A stretch of 64,000 nucleotides of DNA from Ascidiella aspersa. Lineage: Eukaryota. The position numbers were made by a program, and so were the translations under genes. The stretch is taken from assembly GCA_963924565.1 (NCBI GenBank), contig OZ004609.1, positions 27,900,001 to 27,964,000 of the forward strand, in the 5' to 3' direction. Numbering within the stretch: the stretch's first letter is position 1; the number at the start of each line of letters is the position of its first letter. The notes below the pieces were generated by a model. It saw only the letters and a program-made list of their open reading frames with translations. It had not been told where the DNA came from and made no database searches. This document shows positions 51,400-64,000 of the stretch, piece after piece.

Positions 51400-52030
51400 C
51401 TCCTATACTTCCCCTATTATACAATTAGAAGATAAGGTATTACATTTTTAAAAGGTTGAACATATCCATTTACCCTTTCCACCATCCGTTTTGAGGAATT
51501 TGATTCGCTACCTCCTACCTTTCGTTGTGGTTAGTTTGGCGTTGGTGACACTAAATTTGATTGAAAACACCCGTCACGCCGTAAACCAAAAACTAGGGGT
51601 TTATTTTAGCTGTTGAATTACATGTTAGCGGCCGTTTGCTTCGGTATTCAACTCATGCGTCAGAAAAAAACAATCGGCAGTATTCTGACATATGAGCGCT
51701 TTTGTTTTCATAACCTGTTGACTGTCTCCGTTTAAACAAACGGCTCGCGACCACGCTGCACTATTGTTTAGCTATTTTCCTCGAAGCATAGGCATTTGCC
51801 GCCACCCACTCGCAAAGGTAGTTTCCTGTCTCATGCACAACAGCAGAACAATTGGAGTGAGTAGCGAAACGCGTCAGGTTTTTGTGGGCGAATACACGTT
51901 GCAATCGTGGCGACGCGGCCTTCTTCACGCTTTGTGCTCTATATGGGATTTCGTCATCGATTGAACTATATTTCTGCGCGGTTATCTTAAGGAGAAGCCA
52001 CGAAAGGGATTTAGACATTTTTGCTGGGCA
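51400..52030 (-). pseudogene. Possible highly decayed PIF/Harbinger transposase relic
   Basis: Minus-strand fragments with stops (MSKSLSWLL..YRAQSV, SAVVHET..LCE, EANGR*, *RVFS, VIPYLLI) fall in the order expected for Harbinger transposase motifs. The similarity is weak and judged by eye only. Confidence 0.25.
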
Positions 52031-52731
52031 CATGTCAAGAACCAACCTAAGTTTACATGCAAATCGCCGTTTGAGAGAGATCGCACGGTGTATGGAAATA
52101 CGCCAGATTGTTCTCACCAGAAGTTAAACAGACGGTTAAGGCTACCATTATATGCAACATTCAACACAACATTATACTGTAATAAGTCAAGTCAGGCGCA
52201 TAACTATAACATGATGACTAGTATTCATTTATTTACAGAAATTAGTTAACACGTTATAAAACAACTTGCTTTAGTCGAACATGAACGTTTAAACTTTTTC
52301 GAAGCGAAACTGATTGAATTTCGAAACAATCCTTAAAACACGACCGACGGTCGTTGGTATAGTCTACGTTAAACGAAAAAGTCAAGCGGATCGATACTCT
52401 GGTAAAAAATGATCTTCAGCTGTAAATAAAGCAAACAATAAGTTTTTACATATCAATAGAACGATTTTTATACTTATCAACATGGCAATTAAAAAATGAT
52501 AAATTTGGTCCTAAACAAATGTTTTTGACAAAATTTTGGTCTATTAGCAATACATTAATTTACGCATTTTTAGAGTATCGCACTTTTGTCTTTGCGTCGT
52601 TATAGTCATTTATTTTTGATTTTATATCATACTGACGATCAGTGGAACACAAAATTAAACCAGTTATTTTTTACGTTTTATGCAAGAATTTACATTTTTT
52701 TGCTAAGTCATATCAAGCATTTTAACACTAA

Positions 52732-54642
52732 CAGTGTTATAATGACTTAAGTCAATGACTTGACTCTAATTAGATTTTAGAAAAATACTTGACTTAAGTC
52801 ACTGTTTTTAAATGACTTGACTTGGCTCACGTCTTTTGGGCAAAATTGCTTTACTTGTCTTGAGTGTTTTGGACAAATCACTCGGGTTAAAATAATGTGT
52901 GTTCATTAAGCATGTTTTTTTTTTATAAAATTGGGCTATTTATGCACAATTGAACATAAAACAATTCACTTGCTATATGCTACGTTTTTGTCGTTTTTTT
53001 ATTCGAGTTATTGGTCATGCCTACTTTCATAGTTTATTTCCTAATTTTTATGTCAAGAATGTGACGTGGAATCGTCCTGCTTTAACAATAAGCCCGCTTA
53101 TAGACACCTTTCGCGGGCAGATTAGATTAAGGTTCAATCCGGATTGAAAAGTAATCCGTTCCAGGGTCGTAATTACATGGCGCGAAATTCAAGCCAGCTT
53201 GAGTGTACAAACTGCACTGATATGCATTATTACGTAATATTCCAGTAAACCTCTGACGCACAACCGATTTTTCGGCTTAGGTCCTTACGGTAGCAATCTA
53301 TTGCTGCTTGTTCGTTTTTATAAACCTAAAATTGAAAAAAAAACAAGAATTAGTTGAGTTTGGTCTGCCGCAGTATGTTTTTGACTGTATAGTGCTTCAG
53401 TTTACCTGGCACACAGAATATAAGTGCACGAAAGTTAAGCCTATGTGTGCTGGTCAACGCTATATATACAAGGCAGAGTGGACAAAATAAGGTGATGAGA
53501 TGTACCAAACATGACTAATGAAAACTGTATTTGGCGCTGGCCTAAAATCCTAACACAGCGTTGTGATAATTATTGAAGCAATGTACAATATTTGGGTAAG
53601 GGTGGGCCAAGTATTACTATTTAAACCTACCCAAACCCGCATCCTTTGTGGATTCTAGACCAGCCCCTCTGTCACAAATTAGTATCTAACGAGTGTATGT
53701 AATATTCTTTTCTTATGCGCTAAACTTGTTGTTTTGTTTAGGACTAGCCGTTCGTGTTACGTCATAAAGCCCCAAAAGTGGCATGATGTTTACTGCGTTA
53801 AAGCAGGTCATTCTACATTAAACGATTTCATTCGTCCGCAAAACGAACAGATTAAGCGGCGAACGGATTGAAAACCACTCCTTTTGACCGATTAAGAAAC
53901 GAGAGAACTTAATTCATTCCAACACCAAAACGAGAGAGAATGAATTAACGAATCAGATTCGAATCCAGCTTAAACGTGCATATGAACCAGGGAGTCGAAC
54001 CGGAACCGAACCGGAACTTTATGAACCGGTTTTGGGTCAATTTTATCCCAACCTGAACCGAACATGAACCATTTTTTGTAAAATTTTAAGGAGCCGAACC
54101 GGAACTGAACCGAATATTTGGAAAGAACATGAACTTTAACCGAACCCAAACCTGTAAACAAAAGCGGTTCACTCCAGCATGACGTCACAACCTCTTTTCA
54201 CAGATTTAAGTTACGACATGTTCGAAATTTTTTGACAAAAATTATGTAAAACAACGTTGATATTTTTATTTTTCAGATATTTCAATAATGAGTTGCATTT
54301 TTCAATACGTCACGTAACTTAGATTAAATGACTTACTATCAAAGATAATTCTCTATATACATTTATTGACCCACATTTTATAGATTTAACGCAACTTATA
54401 TGATATCCGAACCGGAACTTTTCGAACCGGTTTTGAAATAACGATGGTAGAACCGGAGCTGAACCGGAACTTTTAAACTGCTCGAAACCGAAACCGGAAC
54501 TGAACCGGATTCCGAAAAACTCCTTGAACCCGAAACGAACCTGAACCGAAAAGGTCAAACGGTTCGACTCCCTGAATTATAAACGGGCTTAATGACTAGA
54601 CTGAGACTTGATTCATTTTAAAATGACATGTTTACAACGCTG
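52732..54642. mobile_element. Older hAT-like element (GACTTGAC family) enclosing younger insertions
   Basis: CAGTGTTATAA..GACTTAAGTC..GACTTGAC at the left; GACTAGAC..GACTTGA..TTACAACGCTG at the right; related inverted fragment at ~11240-11404. Confidence 0.5.
53988..54574. mobile_element. hAT-type MITE with AACCG subterminal arrays
   Basis: Perfect 14-bp TIR CAGGGAGTCGAACC / GGTTCGACTCCCTG; many GAACCG repeats; TSD imperfect. Confidence 0.8.
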
Positions 54643-54660
54643 CATTTTAATCGTGTGAAG

Positions 54661-54850
54661 AAGGGATGTCCGATGCTTGTTATTACATTTACACAATGAT
54701 GGATAAAACTTTGGCAAGATCCAAAACAAACAATGTAGGTAAAATAGAAACGTCAAAGGCATATTTGTAAGGCTATTAGGGCCAAAATCGCTAGCCTCCT
54801 ACCAACAGCATCGGTTATCGGCTCCGATCAGATATTAACGGACCTCCCTA
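54661..54850. mobile_element. Deleted copy of the 22049-22401 MITE family
   Basis: AGGGATGTCCGAT ... TATCGGCTCCGAT..GATATTA.CGGAC.TC.CTA matches the 22370-22401 end; another fragment starts at 2314 (TAGGGATGTTCGATAATATCG). Confidence 0.65.
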
Positions 54851-55553
54851 ACTATGTTTGTACTGAGATGTAGAGAATAATTGGGCCACGACCACATCCA
54901 GGGATAATCCCTAAAGACTCAGGTCGTTTTTTCAGCACAAATAAAGCGACATTGTTCTAGCGTTTATTAGGCTCCGAATATAGTAAGCTAACTGAAACAT
55001 GGCTATATACGTGCTCCAATGGTATCACAAGTTGTCACATGGGTTTGAGTACAAGAAATAAGTGAATTGTGTCCCTTAAATATTTCATGCGTTTCGCAAA
55101 GAAAATTATCGTACTTTCACTCCTGCATTACGCTAAAAGAAGTGCTTGCAAAATAGCAAAAATCAAGGATAAATACCAACCGCTTCAAATAGGCAACTAC
55201 AATGTGAAACAAACCATGCTTCTTTCGTAAAATCCCATGAGGCTTATAAAATAACTTGTTAAAACATAATATTTTTATTTCGCTAGACTCTCCAAACTTA
55301 GTTATGAACTGCTATCTTTTGAAAAGAGCATCTTCGTGTAGTTTAAAGCTGTTAAGTTTAATTTTAGTTCCAAATTAGATTTACAGAAATAATATTAAAC
55401 GCTTAGCTCTCATCGGATTGCGGTGTACAACTTGGTTTTGTAGAATATTCTAGATTTGCTGTTGTTAGCGAAATTTGAAAGATTTCATTACCGGCATAGG
55501 AGTTCGTTGAAATATTTATTTCATAGGTCAACAGCAATTCGAAAACCGACAAG

Positions 55554-58500
55554 ATGGTAATTATAATACTGTGTATTCCATTAGATTGGTAACGTTAAAC
55601 CCATATCTCCAAATAAAATGTTACTCAAATAAGTGCTTTTTAAGCATATAATTATATACTTTAGAAAATTGGTATTATATTTTAATAATGTTTTTTTGCG
55701 ATATAGATGTCATTAAACCCAGTTTCGGTTTACAATCAAGGAGCAGATGAGGAAAGAGCAGAAATTGCAAGAATGGTAAATTGTGTAGTTTGATTTTTTT
55801 ATTAATACAGTTATCCGAAAAGCTATTTAATTACTCAGATCCAGATTTAAAATGTTGGATTTTCCGTAGGTGTTTATGTGACTTAAAATTGTGTGAAGTA
55901 ATGCTAAAATTTAAGCCTCTTTATTGCATTGAATTAGATGAAGCATTTTAAATTTATGCTCATTTGATTGACTTTTTGCAGTGCATTTCACAGTGATTTT
56001 GTGCAAAATACATATATACGGCCTAGATTGAAAAGCAAGGCCGGACACAAAACCCCAGTCGCGCTAACGGTTTTCTGCATAACTTCATTTTATATTAAAA
56101 ATTATTATAACAGCCGCGCATTTTTTAACTGCAGAAATGTCTCTCTAGTTTCCAATCTGGTCTATGGCTGCGGGCAGCTATAAATCCCCCATGCAGGCCT
56201 TACTTTTCAACTGTGCGTGCTTAATAATACTTGAAATGTAGAATGTTTGGTCTAGTAGGTTGTCAAGTACAATAATGTAAATTGCATTGAGTGTCTAAAC
56301 TTTACTTATTTCATGTTACTATTTCACATTTTTGTTATTCTTTCCAGTCCTCATTTGTGGGTGCCATTGCTATCGGCGATCTTGTGAAGAGCACTCTCGG
56401 ACCAAAAGGTCTTGACAAGATCTTGATCAGTCCTGGACAGGGTCAGGGAAGTGAAGCCGGCATCACTGTCACTAATGATGGCGCCACAATTTTAAAAGCA
56501 ATTGGTGTGGACAACCCGGCAGCCAAGGTTCTAGTTGGTAAGCTGATTTGCATGATGTAAATAGCTTGCATGTATAAATAATAAATAAATCTAAGTTTAA
56601 TTTCTTATTATATATCTAATCACAATTACTAGTTAATCAAATAATAAAAAGCTTGTTTTAAAGGTGGCATTGTTTAGTGTACAAACTTTAAAAAAAATAA
56701 TATTCGGTTACTAGTTCTAGTTTATACTTTTGTTACCAAAATCCATTTTGCTTTAAATTTTTTAAATCTTAGATTTGGCCAAAGTTCAAGATGACGAGGT
56801 TGGAGATGGCACTACCTCAGTCACAGTTCTTGCTGCTGAACTTTTAAGGGTTAGCAAATGTTTTGTTGTTGATTTTTCACTTAAAAGTATATATACATTT
56901 CTTTTTGTTTTTTTCTACCTCCTGTTTAGTTAATTTCAAAGAGTTTTTCATCTTAAAACCAACTATTGAATAATTTTTATTTAATTTTGCTAAAAGTTCT
57001 AATTATTCTTTCGGCATTCTTGATCATAAAAGTTCATCATTTTATTTTAAAGGAAGCAGAAAAATTGATCTCACAAAAGTTCCACCCTCAGATTATTGTT
57101 AGAGGCTGGAGACTTGCTGTTAAAGCTGCAAGCGAAGCACTTGATAACGCAGCTGTTGACAATGGGTCAGTCAATCAATTTAAGAATTTCATCTTTTCAG
57201 AAACTCCCCATTTTATAAAGATAAATTGAAAACAATGCTTTTTACATTGAAGTGTGTTTACGATGTTATTCATTTTTTAGCAAAACTGCTTGTGTTGTTT
57301 GTTTAATAGTGTTACATAAATTATTTTTTTATATCAAGTTGTAATTAAACTAACAAATTAAACACTATTAAGCCTCTTATTGTAAATATGTTACTGTTTT
57401 TGTCACTTGAAATTTTTGTTTTTTAGAAACAATGAGGAACTTTTTAGGGAAGATTTAATGAATGTTGCACGTACTACACTTAGTTCAAAACTTCTTACAC
57501 AACATAAAGACTTTTTTTCCAGTATGGCTGTCAATGCCATACTAAGATTAAAAGGCAGTGGAAATTTAGAAGCAATTCAGGTATGTTGTATTTAGGTTTT
57601 ATCAATAAATCATCATTATTTGAGGACTGGTTATCTTATGTTTTTATTTTATGTCAAACATTTAATGATACCAAAGTGAAGAAGTTTTTTTTTATATATT
57701 TATAGGAGAGTGTTTATTACTTTTAAACAAATCTTAATGTTTGAAATTTCTTAAAAAAATGTAAAACAGCAGCAAAAACATCATACTTTTTAAAACCTTG
57801 AAAACTGAGTAACATCACAAATACCATTAAAATGCAGGATTCAAGTTGTTTTGTAGAGCAGTTATATGTGTTGATATATAAAATTATTTGCATATATCTA
57901 AGTTTTATTAATGGTTCAAATTAAAAAAATAATTGCCTAAATAAACAAAATTTACTAATAAAATGTTCCATCTTTGACTCCAAACAGATAATCAAGAAAC
58001 TTGGGGGAACTATGACAGACTCTTACCTGGATGAAGGCTTTTTACTCGACAAAAAGATTGGAATGAACCAACCCAAGCGAATGGAAAATGCAAAGATACT
58101 CATCGCTAATACGTCAATGGACACTGATAAGATTAAGGTAGTTAACTATTACTTTTTTATTTGACTGATCTCTTAAGACATAAAGTATAAAATACGTCGG
58201 TTGATGTTAGTCAACTTGTATGTTTAACTTTGCGAAAACGTCCAACAGTACCTAACACTTGGAATCCAGTTTATACAAAAAAATCCACTTCTAATGGTTT
58301 TTGTCTTAGATCTTTGGGTCAAGGGTCAGGGTTGATGGCACTGCTAAAGTAGCCGAAATCGAACTTGCCGAAAAGGTCAAGATGAAGGAAAAGTGTGAGA
58401 AGATCATTGCTCATGGCATCAATTGCTTCATCAACAGGTATTTTATTAGGATTTAATAATAACCAAGATGTAAGGATAAATTCTTTACATCAGGGCTGGC

Positions 58501-61500
58501 TACACAAAAATAGTTTATTATCTCTGTCTGTCATGTGGAAGGTTGTACAAATTTGTAAAATATAAAGTGTTTTACATAATTGTTTCCTTATAAGTACCTT
58601 TAATCTAAAATGTGCATAAACTTAATGCACCTTTGACTGTTAAAGACAATTTTCAAGAGCAGTTCTTACTGATTGACATGGTTCTAAATATCCAAAAATG
58701 ATGTTTTCAGCTTGTTTTTTTTAACCAGAGTTTTATTAGTGATGAGCAGGTGTGACAGTGTTGTTAGTGGGCTAACTAAACCTATGGTATGTTAGTGGGC
58801 TAACTAAACCTATTGTTCATATTTGTGCCTTTATCGCCGGCCAAAAGTTGCTTGGGCCTTTCAATTCCCGACTCAAATGTCCTGTTTCAGGCAACTGATC
58901 TACAACTACCCGGAGCAGCTATTCGCCGACGCCGGCGTCATGGCGATCGAACACGCCGACTTCGAGGGCGTCGAGCGTCTCTCGCTGGTGCTGGGCGGCG
59001 ACATCTGCTCGACCTTTGACCGCCCCGACCTGGCCAAGCTCGGCCACTGCGACCTCATCGAGGAAATCATGATCGGCGAGGACAAGCTGCTGCGATTCTC
59101 AGGTGCGATCTTGACGCTTTTTGGAAGTTTTTTTTCATGTTTTTTTGCTGCTGCCCGCATTCTGGTGGTAGGATTATACCGAGACTTTGATACGTGTTTT
59201 TAGTTATTTACGCCGTAGAGAAGTTTTAGTCTGCTGATAGCTCGGATTTTTAACAACCCTAAACATGATTTTAATTGTTTTTTTTAATCCTCACTAAAAG
59301 CAATTCTTGAAATGAGGGCTGATTTTAACTGATGTCCCTTATAATTCCTTGTAAGAAGTGCATTTTAATGTGACGAATTTTAAACTATATTCAGTTTGTA
59401 CTTAGAATACCGTTTCGTTTTTTTAGATTTATCTTGAGGTCGGTTAGGCCCAACTACTATCGTAAAGATTTTCAGTTTTTTTTATCAGACGCAATGAGAA
59501 TTTGAGCGCTGGTAGTGCTCTAAAAGTAATGTATGTATTAGCACAGGTGTTCTTAACCTGTTGGGAATGCCGCAAAGGGGTCATTTTACATCGCTAATTT
59601 TAACTGTTAACATAAAAAAGTGGTATCAGTCTATTAAATATTTATTTTTTTGAATGCAAATTGGCGAACCGCTGCTGTATGGCCTCATGCTATTCTATCC
59701 GGCCGCCATGAAACCCTTTTATTATTACTTGGCCGCCAGGTGTCGCACGCGCCGAGGCCTGCACGATCGTGCTCCGCGGCGCGACCAAGCAGATCCTGGA
59801 CGAGGCAGAAAGGTCGCTACACGACGCCCTTTGCGTGCTTCAGCGAACTGTGGCCGAGACGCGCACTGTGCGAGGTGGCGGTTGTTGTGAGGCGCTTATG
59901 GCCAACGCTGTGCATGTGACCGCCATGAAGACGCCGGGCAAGGAGTCTATGGCCATGGAGTCCTTTGGACGCGCTCTTATGCAGGTACTGTAGCCGCTAG
60001 CCTATGAGGGGGGTCCTGTAGCCGCTATAGCCTATGCTATGGGCGTGCGGCGTTGTTTTGTATTACTGTAGTGATTTACCTCTTAAGCCCCCCAAAAGGC
60101 CTTAACTGTTTATAAACCGTTTAAATTTTAAAAGGAGTAGCCACTCGATTATTAATTTTAACTAGTTTAATTCTATATATCTACAGTTCTACACGCATTA
60201 TTGTATTCACGCGTCTTTCCTTTACAATGTTAAGTTAAACTTTGGTCAAAGGTACTATGGGCATTCAAATAGGCTGGTCACTGGTCAGCCTATTTATCCA
60301 ATTATCTAGTTTTTGTTCTATTCAACCAAAAAGAGACAGTTAAGTCTGATCAGCTTGATTTGTGGTAGTTTGGAGTTAAAAACTCGCCGTTCGTTTCTTG
60401 TCTTTGCATAATTAGTTGAATACCCTTAAAAGTTTGGACGGAATCCCGGCGTCTATTCTGCCTAACCGTGAGATTTATTCTCTCAGATCCCGATCACAAT
60501 CGCTGACAACGCCGGTTTCGACAGCGCAGAGTTGGCAGCCCAGCTACGAGCGGCGCACGCCGATGGAAAGATCGACTCTGGTCTCGGTAAGCCGTCGTTT
60601 GGTTGCTTATAACTCGTCTCCCTGTTCAGCAAGTCCTGTGCTGTGCCAGTGGTTCTGTAAATTTTACTATGTGGCGACCTTTGGGAATACAAACCTGGAT
60701 CAAAATATCCCATTTTCTGTAATAACCCGAAACCCCAAAAAATATGACCTGCTGTTAAAATATAATTATGCATGTTTGCATTCTTAAAGGTCGTGTCATA
60801 CTAAAACTAAAAGAACTGCTTTTAAGAATAACCGAAAAAATATGACCCGCTGTTAAATTTAATAAAAATCTCTAGTTGGAATAACATTTTGCACTCAAAA
60901 TCTCATTTCTAGAACAAACTATTGAAAATTCGATGCTATACGTTTATGCCAGGAACCTGATAAAGATAATATATATTTTTATTGTCGTAAAAACCCAAAT
61001 AACACTGATTAGTTTTTGTGGTAGTTGTCTTCAGTTTAAGAACCACTTGAGAAAGCCAAAGGGTTTGTCTTGCCCACAAGTCTCGGTACGTTCTCACGCC
61101 CTGATTAAATTTTTAAAACTTTCTTCGGGAAGTAAAGGTTCACTTTTGTTTAATGAGGCACTTCGCGGGTATACAGACAATGATTTTTTTTAAATTGTAA
61201 ACATTTTGCAGCTTGTCCAAATATTTTAGAACTGTTTTTTTTTTAGTTCGTTGCGTTATGAGAAACGTTGCTCCTAACCCCCCTGGTAAACATTTAACAA
61301 TCTAAAAATAATTATCTGTACCTCGCAAATAGCAATGCACAAAAAGTAACAAACACTAATATTATAGTTGTTGGATGAAGTACTTATATCGAAGCTACAT
61401 CTTGCGTAAAAAAACGCAGAGCGTTTATACATATTTCACGATGCCAAGCTTTGCCGTCAGGGTCCGGATAAGTAGAAAATATTTTGTTACAGTTGTGACA

Positions 61501-62919
61501 TGCAACAATACTGACCTAATTTGTATGCCCTTCGTGTACTTTTTATTAGTTAAATACGTTAGCTTTGAATTGGTATACACGATTGCATATTAAAGCAAAG
61601 ACCGATTGATATTGATTATTGACTGCAAGCGATGGCTCATTTTAAAGAGAATGCCTTGTAGTTTTTTATCGTGAAAAAATTAGCGAGAAATCTCAACAAT
61701 AAGGTGTAAGAATGGCTGAATATTAATCTTCATAAAAAATGAATATTATTGTTTTTACGCTAAAAGTGTGTTTGCTTGAAAGGTGTAAAAAGAATTGTAA
61801 AAAAATCAACTTTGTTTCGTTACAACTTTCGGAGATATTGCTCAAAAGCAATCACGGCGCGCCAAATTCGCCCAGATATTGCAAAGCATTGGTGCCTATT
61901 CCACTGCAGGTTTGATCACCAAAACACGGCTAGGTTATTCGATCAACACGGCTAGGTTTTTCGAATAAACTTTGATCCCACACTCTTGTTTCCACGTGCT
62001 TTGTTTGTTGTGCAGACATGGAGGAGGGTGAGATCGCCTGCATGAAGTCGCTCGGCATTACCGAGTCCTACCAAGTTAAGAGGCAAGTGCTCCTCAGCGC
62101 GTCTGAGGCAGCCGAGATGATTCTCCGCGTGGACAACATCATCAGATCCGCACCAAGGTACGCGCCATTTTTTTTTCAGGGCACGATTTAAAACCCTTGC
62201 CCAACTATACAAAGCGGCGAACGCCTTATTCTGCAATAAATGTTGTAGCATTTTTTATAGTTTTCGCAAAAAAAAACACAAACTTTTCTTAACCTTTAAA
62301 AAAGTTTTTTTTAACAGAACATTTGCTTTTACCTGTCACAATAAATTGGGCCTCGCATTCCGTTGATAAAACACTAGTGTAAACCGACGTTAACTGTAAT
62401 TATTTCTCCAGGTTTATATCTAATTTTGTTGAGGTGTTATTTTGCTTTTTTTCTCACATTAAAAAAAATATATTTTCGCCTAAACAGATTATTTAAATAA
62501 CAGTATATCGACCACACAACTGTAAATCGAGTTTACTTCCGATAATTCAGTTTCTGTTCGACCAACGCTAGCAACATTTTCGCCTTTATTTTATTCATCT
62601 GCCAAATAATGATGCGCCCGAGTCTGGGTGGAAATGAATTAATGCTGGTTGGGCCATCGCCGCACCCTAATTATCTTGGCCTCGGCGCACGGGCGCGACC
62701 TTTCAGCCGAGCAAATCGAAGGAAAACTCCTAATAAATCCGACACGAGGGTCAAACCGGCCGCGCGCCCGCTGCCAAAGACCAAAAGCCAAAAGGCCGCG
62801 TGTTGAGACGTCAAGGAATCGATTTTCAATCAGCGCTAATGGCCGAACTTTGCGCGGAATTTTCGCCCAACACGCGCTGTTTAATTTGCAGACAACGTCG
62901 TCCCGATCATCCCCATTAG
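55554..62919 (+). CDS. CCT2: T-complex protein 1 subunit beta (CCT/TRiC chaperonin), 13 exons, 536 aa
   Basis: Exons 55554-55556 (ATG only), 55707-55775, 56348-56537, 56773-56849, 57053-57165, 57427-57580, 57988-58137, 58310-58437, 58891-59102, 59740-59984, 60487-60586, 62016-62157, 62892-62919 total 1611 nt. Motifs: [99 protein letters not shown]. Exon 2 also begins with ATG, so the start is ambiguous by one residue. Confidence 0.97.
58761..58813. repeat. Short tandem duplication (TGTTAGTGGGCTAACTAAACCTAT x2) in CCT2 intron 8
   Basis: Read directly. Confidence 0.85.
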
Positions 62920-63247
62920 AGACGACCAGCAGCGACAAAGGCCGCGAGTCCATCCGTCAACGGCGACTCCTACTCCCATCAAGCCGCTGATGCGTTTTTC
63001 GCCGATTTTCTCCGGACCATGTCGTTGTCTTCAGCTCGTTTGTTTCCGTCGTCGCCGATCCTGTCGTGTTGTCGTTTTTTCTGTCGAGTTCCCGGTTTCC
63101 AATCTGCTTTGCGAAAAGTGGCTGATGTTTTGCTATGCGGCGACCGGCGCGCGACACACCCATGTAGCGAATGCCTTTGTCACCCACCCCTTTTTGTGTC
63201 GCGTGCCGCAAGCAAACAAACCCTTGCGACGTATTTGTTGAAATTGA

Positions 63248-63253
63248 AATAAA
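63248..63253 (+). terminator. Probable polyadenylation signal of CCT2
   Basis: First AATAAA after the stop (~330 nt downstream), at the end of the GC-rich 3'UTR and followed by TG-rich sequence. Confidence 0.55.
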
Positions 63254-64000
63254 AAAAACTTGTATGCTGGACTTGACGTGTTGTTGCTTTAAACATTTTT
63301 TGCAAATATCAGGCCACTTAAAAAAATGAAAATGATATTCACTGTGTGGTTCACAGGCTTGTCGAAAGGTTAGTAAATTTAACTTTGCAGTTAGCGTGCC
63401 TCTGCTGCTTCTTTTTTTACAGTTCACCGTCGAACAAAATCCCTTTGGTTAATTCTGAACGTCCGAGCTTGCTATTCTGAAATTCAGTATTTTGACTTAA
63501 AACGATTTATTTGAGTCACATTTGTTTATTGTACACCTGTGTAAGTAAAGTTGCAATGAAAACAACATGGTCGCTATACCTGATTCTGGACTAAATCTAG
63601 ACTAAGGTAACAGCGGGCTCCCGGTTAAAAACATTAGTTGAAGTGGACCACAAGGTAAAAATGTTTATCATCACTGATCTCAATAGTCCAGCCTCGCAAT
63701 TCTTGTGATTTTAACGTAAGCAAGAAAGTGAAAATTGCGTGACATTTTTATTAATGGCATCAGAGATGTAAGGTCACGAAACTATAGATATAAAATGTAG
63801 CCGCAATTTTAAAAAGTATATATTTTAACAGCGAAATATTGCCACAAAAACCGGAAAATTTTAAAAGGTCATCAAGGAAAAAGCAAAAGCGTGTGTTAAT
63901 ACTTCATAGTTGGCTATGTTATTTTTGTTTACGCTAGAAACCTTCGTCACATTTTACCAAATACAATTACACCTGAAAACAAATTTCCAACTTTTTAGTC

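Noticed and set aside
53970-54558. Phe/Gly/Ser-rich ORFs on the minus strand
   Set aside because: Translations of the AACCG repeat array of a MITE.
56150-56274. Possible H/ACA snoRNA in CCT2 intron 2 (ATAATA 56224-56229, CTTGA/TCAAG stem, ACA 56269-56271, ~76 nt from the acceptor)
   Set aside because: The second hairpin is short, there is no convincing first hairpin, and I could not establish a clean bipartite rRNA target. An Infernal/Rfam or snoGPS run would settle it.
58739-58880. GTGATGA as a box C/D snoRNA C box in CCT2 intron 8
   Set aside because: No CTGA D box or terminal stem at a suitable distance; the region is a local tandem duplication.
62609-63427. Cluster of ORFs near the CCT2 3' end
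   Set aside because: GC-rich last intron, 28-nt terminal coding exon and 3'UTR of CCT2; no coherent protein signal.

Overview
Eukaryotic, intron-rich animal DNA with AT-rich introns and GC-richer exons. It is plausibly an invertebrate chordate such as an ascidian (inference only). The ORF track is mostly exon fragments or noise, so I assembled six genes by hand from splice sites, and all are frame-consistent. (1) The 3' part of an SLC6 Na+/Cl- symporter (+, 913-4498). (2) A complete tandem SLC6 paralogue (+, 9876-17843, 14 exons, 599 aa); the pair shares unusual substitutions at ion-site and gate positions. (3) A KLHL9/13-type BTB-BACK-Kelch gene (-, 27294-18743, 12 exons, 619 aa, one GC-AG intron). 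(4) An orphan type II membrane protein: very acidic N-terminal domain, one TM helix, Thr-rich mucin tail (-, 33825-30689, 374 aa). (5) A 384-aa gene joining a P-Rex-like, catalytically degenerate DH domain to a DAPP1/Bam32-type PH domain (-, 49849-40500), the most unusual object in the window. (6) Chaperonin CCT2 (+, 55554-62919, 13 exons, 536 aa), with a sharp internal CpG/GC3 boundary. Introns and intergenic DNA carry many non-autonomous hAT-type elements, several with 8-bp target-site duplications, including a 1.14-kb element with ~430-bp inverted arms. Family assignments and reference residue numbers come from remembered sequences, not from searches.
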